Origin: Candidatus Woesearchaeota archaeon
GTDB taxonomy: Archaea > Nanobdellota > Nanobdellia > Woesearchaeales > UBA10216
Length of the DNA stretch: 42,278 nucleotides
Assembly: GCA_016188145.1 (NCBI GenBank)
Contig: JACPIJ010000068.1
Location: 1 to 42,278, forward strand
Reading direction: 5' to 3'
Shown here: in pieces, positions 40,876 through 42,278 of the stretch
How the letters are laid out: each line of letters begins with the position of its first letter
Position numbering within the stretch: the stretch's first letter is position 1
Position numbers and translations under genes: made by a program
The notes under the pieces: generated by a model
Told to the model about the DNA's origin: nothing
The model's input: only the letters and a program-made list of their open reading frames with translations
The model's database searches: none

Positions 40876-42240
40876 ATGGCGAAGATGGACACAAGCTTTT
40901 TTCATGCGTATGACATTCGCGGCCTGATTGACAACGAGCTGAATGACGAAACTGCCGGGAACATAGGAAAGGCGTTTGGCACAATCATAAAGAGAAAGCC
41001 GGTTGTTGTTGGCAGGGACATACGGTATTCTTCAAAAAAGATTGCCCCAGCGTTCATCAGGGGACTGATATCAGCAGGCTGCACCGTGACTGACATTGGG
41101 GAGTGCCCCAGCCCTATGCTTTTTTTCAATGCCTTCCACCTTAAGCAGTTCGGTGCCATAATTACGGCAAGCCACAACCCCGCAGAATACACCGGCTTCA
41201 AGTTCGTCGAGCCGAATGGCCTTTCATTCCTTCACCAGTATGAGAAAATGAAGAGGATTTATGAGCAGCAGCAGTTCATTAGCGGCAACGGCGGCTTTAC
41301 CAAGGCTGATGGCTACACGCCTTACAGGAACTTTCTTCGCCAAATAATAAAGCTTAACCCGAAAAGGAAAATCACAGTTGCTGTGGAGTGCCTTTACGCT
41401 TCAGGAGCAGTCCTTATTCCAAGGCTGTATGAGGAGCTTGGGCTGAAGGTTGTTCCTTCGCACTGCGAGCCGAAGCCTGACTTTAACAAGCAAAGGCCAG
41501 AGCCAAAAGGTGAGAACCTGAAGGAGCTTGGCAGCATCATTGCCGCAAAAGGCGCTGACTTCGGCGTTGCCCTTGATGGCGACTGTGACAGGTCGGTAAT
41601 AGTTGACAACAAAGGAAGGGAACTTAACGGCAGCATAAGCTCCGCCATCTTTATTAAGAAAATTCTCCCGCTGCAGCCAAAGCAGCGAAGAAATGTAGTA
41701 ATTACGGTAGATTGCAACAGCGAACTGAAGCAGTTGACAGGAAGCCTTGGCGGAAAGCTTGTGTGGAGCGATGTTGGGCACAGCTTCATCGGCAAGGCAG
41801 TGCATGACAGCAATGCTGTTTACGGTGGAGAGATGAGCAGCCACATGTGGTTTGAGGAATATCCCTTCAGCGACGGGTTCCTGACCGGTTTGAAAATGGC
41901 AGAAATCCTCAGCAACAGCGGCGAAAAATTGTCGAAAATGGCTGACGAGGTAAAGTTTGCGCCAATGCTCAAGGAATATGTAAGCTGCGGCACTCATGAG
42001 AGAAAAGAGAAAGTTATTGCCAAACTGGTTGCTGCAGCGAAAAAGCAGCATCCCAACGCAACATTAACAAGAGACGGCATAAAGTTCTTCCTCAACGACC
42101 TCGAATGGGTCATGCTGAGGAAAAGCAACAACCTTCCCGAAGTGTGCATTGTTATTGAGGCACAGGATGATGGAAGGCTGAAGCGGTTGCACAGCGAGTA
42201 CAGGGAGCTGGTGGATACTACTATTTCTGCGACCAACTAA
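40876..42240 (+). CDS. Phosphohexomutase (phosphomannomutase / phosphoglucomutase / GlmM family)
   Basis: The active-site loop is ITASHNPAEYTGFK and the metal loop is ALDGDCDR. GGEMSSH is also present. Confidence 0.9.
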   Translation: MAKMDTSFFHAYDIRGLIDNELNDETAGNIGKAFGTIIKRKPVVVGRDIRYSSKKIAPAFIRGLISAGCTVTDIGECPSPMLFFNAFHLKQFGAIITASHNPAEYTGFKFVEPNGLSFLHQYEKMKRIYEQQQFISGNGGFTKADGYTPYRNFLRQIIKLNPKRKITVAVECLYASGAVLIPRLYEELGLKVVPSHCEPKPDFNKQRPEPKGENLKELGSIIAAKGADFGVALDGDCDRSVIVDNKGRELNGSISSAIFIKKILPLQPKQRRNVVITVDCNSELKQLTGSLGGKLVWSDVGHSFIGKAVHDSNAVYGGEMSSHMWFEEYPFSDGFLTGLKMAEILSNSGEKLSKMADEVKFAPMLKEYVSCGTHERKEKVIAKLVAAAKKQHPNATLTRDGIKFFLNDLEWVMLRKSNNLPEVCIVIEAQDDGRLKRLHSEYRELVDTTISATN

Positions 42241-42278
42241 AGAAGAAAAGAAAAAATGTGAATCTGGTTCTCGCTTAA

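Overview
This window reads as an archaeal chromosome segment. Supporting markers are a thermosome, an archaeal-type GluRS, SRP54, a Dpo4/DinB polymerase, an archaeal-type MiaB-like enzyme, BRE/TATA-like promoters with short leaders, and a class-III-signal pilin. All calls come from reading the sequence and the ORF track by eye, with no database search. Two things stand out. (1) Positions 255-12174 hold a tightly packed, co-directional ten-gene cassette with spacers of 21 nt or less and one ATGA overlap. It encodes a classic-clade AAA ATPase, an orphan J-domain protein and a paralogous beta-solenoid protein. It also encodes a MoxR-class AAA+ ATPase, two paralogous unknowns, an HExxH + VWA/MIDAS protein, and an HTH / 21-aa-repeat / PD-(D/E)xK-like protein. 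I cannot map this combination to any characterised system and treat it as the best candidate for a new ATP-driven remodelling or conflict system. (2) All five tRNA genes carry introns, eight in total, at 37/38, in the D-loop, at about 26/27 and in the T-loop at 59/60. Introns in different tRNAs share sequence families, and one intron-like relic with a duplicated tRNA 3' end lies outside any tRNA. The window also contains an AT-rich free-standing LAGLIDADG gene running into tRNA-Ala and a tRNA-flanked AT-rich islet. The islet carries a DUF4258 toxin/antitoxin pair, a metzincin and an IS200-like TnpA. Further features are a second TA pair, an internally deleted and frameshifted GT4 glycosyltransferase, an RHH-nucleotidyltransferase fusion, and two small proteins missing from the ORF track as intact genes (one is only embedded in a longer ORF). 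No CRISPR array or rRNA was seen.
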